Shown here: positions 60,301 through 64,000 of the stretch, piece after piece
How positions within the stretch are numbered: the stretch's first letter is position 1
Layout of the letters: every line of letters begins with the position of its first letter
NCBI GenBank assembly: GCA_964247055.1
Contig: OZ176053.1
Location: 9,238,001-9,302,000 of the forward strand
Source: Paragordius varius
Taxonomy: Eukaryota; Animalia; Nematomorpha
Direction of reading: 5' to 3'
DNA: 64,000 nucleotides
Program-made: the position numbers and the translations under genes
The notes under the pieces: model-generated
The model's database searches: none
What the model was told of the DNA's origin: nothing
What the model saw: the letters and a program-made list of their open reading frames with translations, nothing else

Positions 60301-63300
60301 TGCGCTGAAATAGGGACAAATTATTTACGCTAATACAAATGGCTGGTCGATAAAAAGAATATAGATAGATGACACCATATTAATTGTAAACAATAAGCGC
60401 AAAATAATATACCATTACACTTCAAGTTGGTCAAGTAGGTCCTTGAACACTTAAAATCGGTCCTCACTTCAAGTTGGTCTTCCAACTTTTTTAATTTGTT
60501 TTATTTATCATTCAACTGTGTATATAAATTTTATTATTATAAACCTATTCTTTTATAATTTTTCGTTGAAAATATTTTTAATTGAATAATATTGTTAAAT
60601 TGGAAAAATACGTTCGAAACAAGAAATTTTAAATAAAAAATATAATTTTTTAAATAAATTGTATAATAAATCAAGAAAATTAGGTTAAACAATAAAATAA
60701 ATAAATACGAATATGATTAAATCCAAACTTAAAAAGTTTAGGGACCAACTTAAAGTATGAAGGACAAACTTGAAGTGAAGGACCAATTTAAAGTGTTCTA
60801 GGACTTGAAATGTTCTAGGATCAACTTGAAATGTTCAGATCCAACTTGAAGTGTTCAAGGACACCCTTGAAGTGCAATTGGTATACACAAAAAAGATATA
60901 TTAATGAGGCTCCCAACTGATTAGGTCAATAACATTTTTGATCCATTTATGAATCAGGACGGATATAAAAATATTAGTATTGATTTTAAATATTTTAAAG
61001 TTGCGCAGAAATACATATTTTCAAAAATTTATTTCAAAATTCAATACAGCTGAATTTAATTTTGTGAAAAATAGTGAAAAAAATTAACGTTTTTGACTCA
61101 GTTAATATTTCCCATCTATACATAATAAATGTGCGAAAATCCAAAAAAGTTTTCATCCATTTACAGCGAAAACTGCCATCATAATAAATTATATTTTTTC
61201 GAATATGCTTTTATAATTAATTTAATTAATGCGGTTAAAAATTGATTTCATAAGGAAATTTTATAAAAAAAAGTTATTTAATAATATATTTAAATATAAA
61301 AATACCTCATATTCAAAACAATGAAAAAAAGTAAATAATTTTATTTGGAGCAGCATTTTACACTGTGAGTGTGATGTGCCGGTCCTTACAAAACTGCGCA
61401 ATTTAATCATCACTTTTACTGCCGTGAAAGCGAGTCTTAATAAAACATTCATGGGTCCTAAATACAATAAAAGCCATTAATTTTTAACAAAAGAAATAAT
61501 CTATACCATGGGTGTTTAACGCGGTTCTACAAAATATTTCTGCAGTTCGCGAGATATCTGAAATACAAAATTTTACATAATCTAAATACAATTAGTATTT
61601 CAAACCAATTTTCGATCAAGTTTTTCTGAATGTTCGCAATAAACTAGCAAAAATGTTATAATAAATAGTAGTTTTTACAGTTTTATGCTTTAAATCTGAT
61701 AAAATATTTGTTATTGGACACATATTTTTCGAATCTTGCCCGCGAAGCCATTTGTGTTGTACACCCCTGCTCCAAACTGTATATTTATATTTATAGAATT
61801 GTGTTGCACAAAAAGCCACAAAATTTCTCATGAAAAGAGCTAAACGGCAGTAAATAGTGGACGCGAAAACATTCTAACAACGTTTTTCGGTTTGATAAGA
61901 TCAACAAAAAAATAGCCCCAAAATTATTAAAATAATAAAACTAATATTTTATCTTATAAAAAAATAAAATATCAAAGTTAAAAATAGGATTACTATTGCC
62001 ACACCATCGTTCAACAATGATTCGCCGAATACTATAATATGTAAAACTTCATTGACATGAGCCTCCTCAAAAACAGCTAAGATAGCGACAGGATCTACTG
62101 CGGATATTAAGCTTGCAAACAGGAGACAGTGCATAACTGGAATGTAAACTCCGGTGATTCCTATATAAAAATTGGAAATTAACAAAGTAAAACTTCATTT
62201 TGTGTAATTACTAAATGTTCTTTGTGAGTTATTTGACAGCAGCAATATTTAAGTCAATAATTAAAGAGGTTGTTATAAATAATTTACGCCCTTTTAGTAT
62301 AATTTAATATATTTGAACAAATTTTATTTATTATGTCTTCTCGACACATTTTTAAATAAATAAAATAATGTTTAAATATTAATGGACGCATAAGTTTTAC
62401 GAAATATCACTTTAAAGCCAAATAAATTGGTTTGATATTTTTTCCTGTTTTAATTAGTATTAGCACTTTTTATAATAGGGCAAGACCCCATTTAATATGA
62501 CCACCATATAAGAATAAATGGCTTTGAAGCCCTTTTTGCATAATTCCAACAAGCCCCATTAAGTCAATACTTAAGATTAGGTTTTGGGATTTTATTATTT
62601 AAATTTTTTTTAATAATTAATATTAATACTTGAGAGAGATCGATTTTTTTAAAAAAGTGTAAAAACATTAATTTGGGCAAAATTTGAAAAACTGTCTTTT
62701 TCTTCAAAAATTAGCTTTAAAGTAACACCTTTATGTTATGGCACATTTGGCATAAGGCCTTTCTATCGGCAAAAAAGCATACCAAAATTTTTGCCTATTG
62801 AAATATTGATAAGCATTATCTATGGTGAGATAGATTTTCTGAAAAAATCGCGTTATTTATTTGATAGCATAAGTTACAAACCGTGGAACCCTATCTAGCC
62901 GATAATTATAAAAAGCTGAACAAATCATTATATAGGGGTAATTTTTAAAACAATATTTAACATAGGGATGTATGAGTTTTTATTCAAAGCTAAATAATTT
63001 ATATATAGTGCCGTATTGGAGTCCTACACAGCGGTCTTTTCTAAAGCGCTGGACTAAGTTTTTGCTTTTTACGGGATCAACAGAGGGTCTTCCGTTGGGC
63101 TGTCTAAAATTACTTTAAAACATTTATTTAAGGTGGCGCATTGTACATAGCTGGAGCTTTTCTCACATTTTAAAGCCACTATTTACATAATCTAAATAAA
63201 ATTTCATTGAGATTATAAAAAATAGTTATATAGTCAGCGCATTCATAAATAATAACTACTTTCCACTTTGATATTTAAACAGGACTTAGAGTTTACAGAG

Positions 63301-63865
63301 AAAAACCATCATCTTATATTTCTCAACAGGTATAATAGCTTTTAGGCCAATTATGAGAGCGCATAAAAAATCATAAAAAATATTTTTATATCTTTATCAT
63401 AATACCGAGCAATGTTTCAAAGTTTGTATTTAACCAAAATTTCTCATAAATGATGTGCTATGTTACATTAAACATTTTTGTGACTTGAACTAAATTACAA
63501 ATATTAATTTTAGGTGACAATAAAATTTAATAGAATAATTTTTCCAATTTAAAATGATTATAATATACCCGCCTTCCCGATACCCCATAGAGCGATTCCA
63601 AGTGCCACAGTATTCCAAATGGTGCCGATAATTGCCAACAACAATATGGTCCCTATATTTTCAAAGAAAGGACGAAGTGGCATGAAATAGCCAGCATCCA
63701 ATACAATTGGTGGTAGCAAAACCAAGAAAAAAAGGCCCGTAGATAGCGTATATTTCAGACCTTGGATGTGTGAAAAAAATAATACAATGCCTGAAATAAC
63801 GCCCAAAAGCAATAACATGCAGGATTCGGGGATAAATTCCGATGGTTTGGGTGATAGGTAGAATC
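45387..63865 (-). CDS. Sodium/hydrogen exchanger, plasma-membrane class (SLC9A1-5 / Nhe2-like); 5' part outside window
   Basis: 16 phase-consistent GT-AG exons (minus strand): 63865-63569, 62160-61994, 59692-59538, 53500-53399, 50824-50607, 48681-48473, 48035-47946, 47921-47851, 47169-47005, 46872-46734, 46561-46453, 46253-46171, 46122-46035, 45946-45903, 45874-45799, 45556-45387 (TAA). Motifs [70 protein letters not shown]. The tail exons rest on phase only, not homology. Confidence 0.9.
46279..46415. mobile_element. hAT-like MITE, 137 bp, in a 199-nt NHE intron
   Basis: 16-bp TIR CAGGGCCTCAAACCGG / CCGGTTTGAAGCCCTG (one mismatch); 8-bp flanks TTTGCATT / ATTGAAAT match 5 of 8. Confidence 0.7.
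48221..48397. mobile_element. Degenerate hAT-like MITE
   Basis: CAGGGATGTCCAAC ... GTTTACCACCCCTG; no TSD match. Similar decayed copies at ~21726-21971, ~27790-28183, ~49414 (one end only) and ~61507-61769. Confidence 0.45.
51525..52522. mobile_element. Chapaev3/CACTA-like element, inverted copy of 32910-34033, in an NHE intron
   Basis: CACTAGACAACAAATTTT ... TTTTGTTGTCTAGTA; interior aligns with the reverse complement of 32910-34033. TSD imperfect (AAA / TAA). Confidence 0.75.
54033..57245 (-). mobile_element. Full-length RTE-clade non-LTR retrotransposon, ~3.2 kb
   Basis: (TTG)6 at 54033-54050 is a (CAA)6 3' tail; 10-bp TSD GCTAAACCGG (54023-54032, 57246-57255); ~350-nt 5' UTR; EN-RT coding region 56898-54064. 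Confidence 0.93.
54064..56898 (-). pseudogene. RTE EN-RT polyprotein (~944 codons) broken by one in-frame TAA at 55815-55813
   Basis: The 361-aa and 536-aa ORFs are in the same frame. The linker translates without further stops: [56 protein letters not shown] motifs ATWNTR, GLSETH, IGDFNA, NQIDYIL, SDHNLL; RT motifs [23 protein letters not shown]; C-terminal [12 protein letters not shown] and AHDRTEWR. Confidence 0.92.
60408..60885. mobile_element. MITE with oppositely oriented subterminal CAACTTGAAGTG repeats
   Basis: Ends TATACCATTACACTTCAAG / CTTGAAGTGCAATTGGTATA. CACTTCAAGTTGG motifs at 60418-60480 and GACCAACTTGAAGTG-like motifs at ~60745-60875, separated by an AT-rich core. Confidence 0.65.
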
Positions 63866-64000
63866 CTAATTAGTTGATAGACAAATGTATCGGTGAAATA
63901 TAAAAAAAATCATATAATTGGAATTTAATATATTGTTATTCAAAAGTAGATGTATAGTTTTATCAGCCATACGGCTATCAAATTCACTTTTGATTATTAA

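Overview
This is very AT-rich eukaryotic (animal) genomic DNA, not prokaryotic. I assembled three spliced host genes by hand using GT-AG boundaries and phase checks. (1) Mi-2/CHD3-5 chromatin remodeller, minus strand, 12620->4896, 7 exons, about 1970 aa. (2) A compact, very divergent Flamingo/CELSR-like 7TM cadherin, plus strand, 29027->44655, about 17 exons, about 2200 aa. (3) A plasma-membrane-type Na+/H+ exchanger (SLC9A1-5 class), minus strand, 16 exons from 63865 to 45387, with its 5' end outside the window. The strongest signal is a set of ultra-short GT-AG introns (24, 25, 26, 28, 31 and 33 nt) that the reading frames require, in the same genes as kilobase introns filled with transposons. 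The rest of the window is nested mobile DNA: a 2.5-kb foldback element with ~1-kb TIRs, 14-bp terminal arrays and a 7-bp TSD; a 6.4-kb CACTG-ended long-TIR element enclosing an open-frame EN-RT fragment and a Harbinger MITE; two Helitrons carrying a ~160-bp satellite, one interrupted by a full-length RTE retrotransposon that has a single premature stop; Chapaev/CACTA-like, hAT and Tc1-like MITEs. I saw no rRNA, tRNA or CRISPR array. The species cannot be determined here; the composition and protein divergence suggest a fast-evolving, possibly parasitic, invertebrate (inference). Gene models are unverified by RNA data and all family calls are by motif recognition, without database searches.
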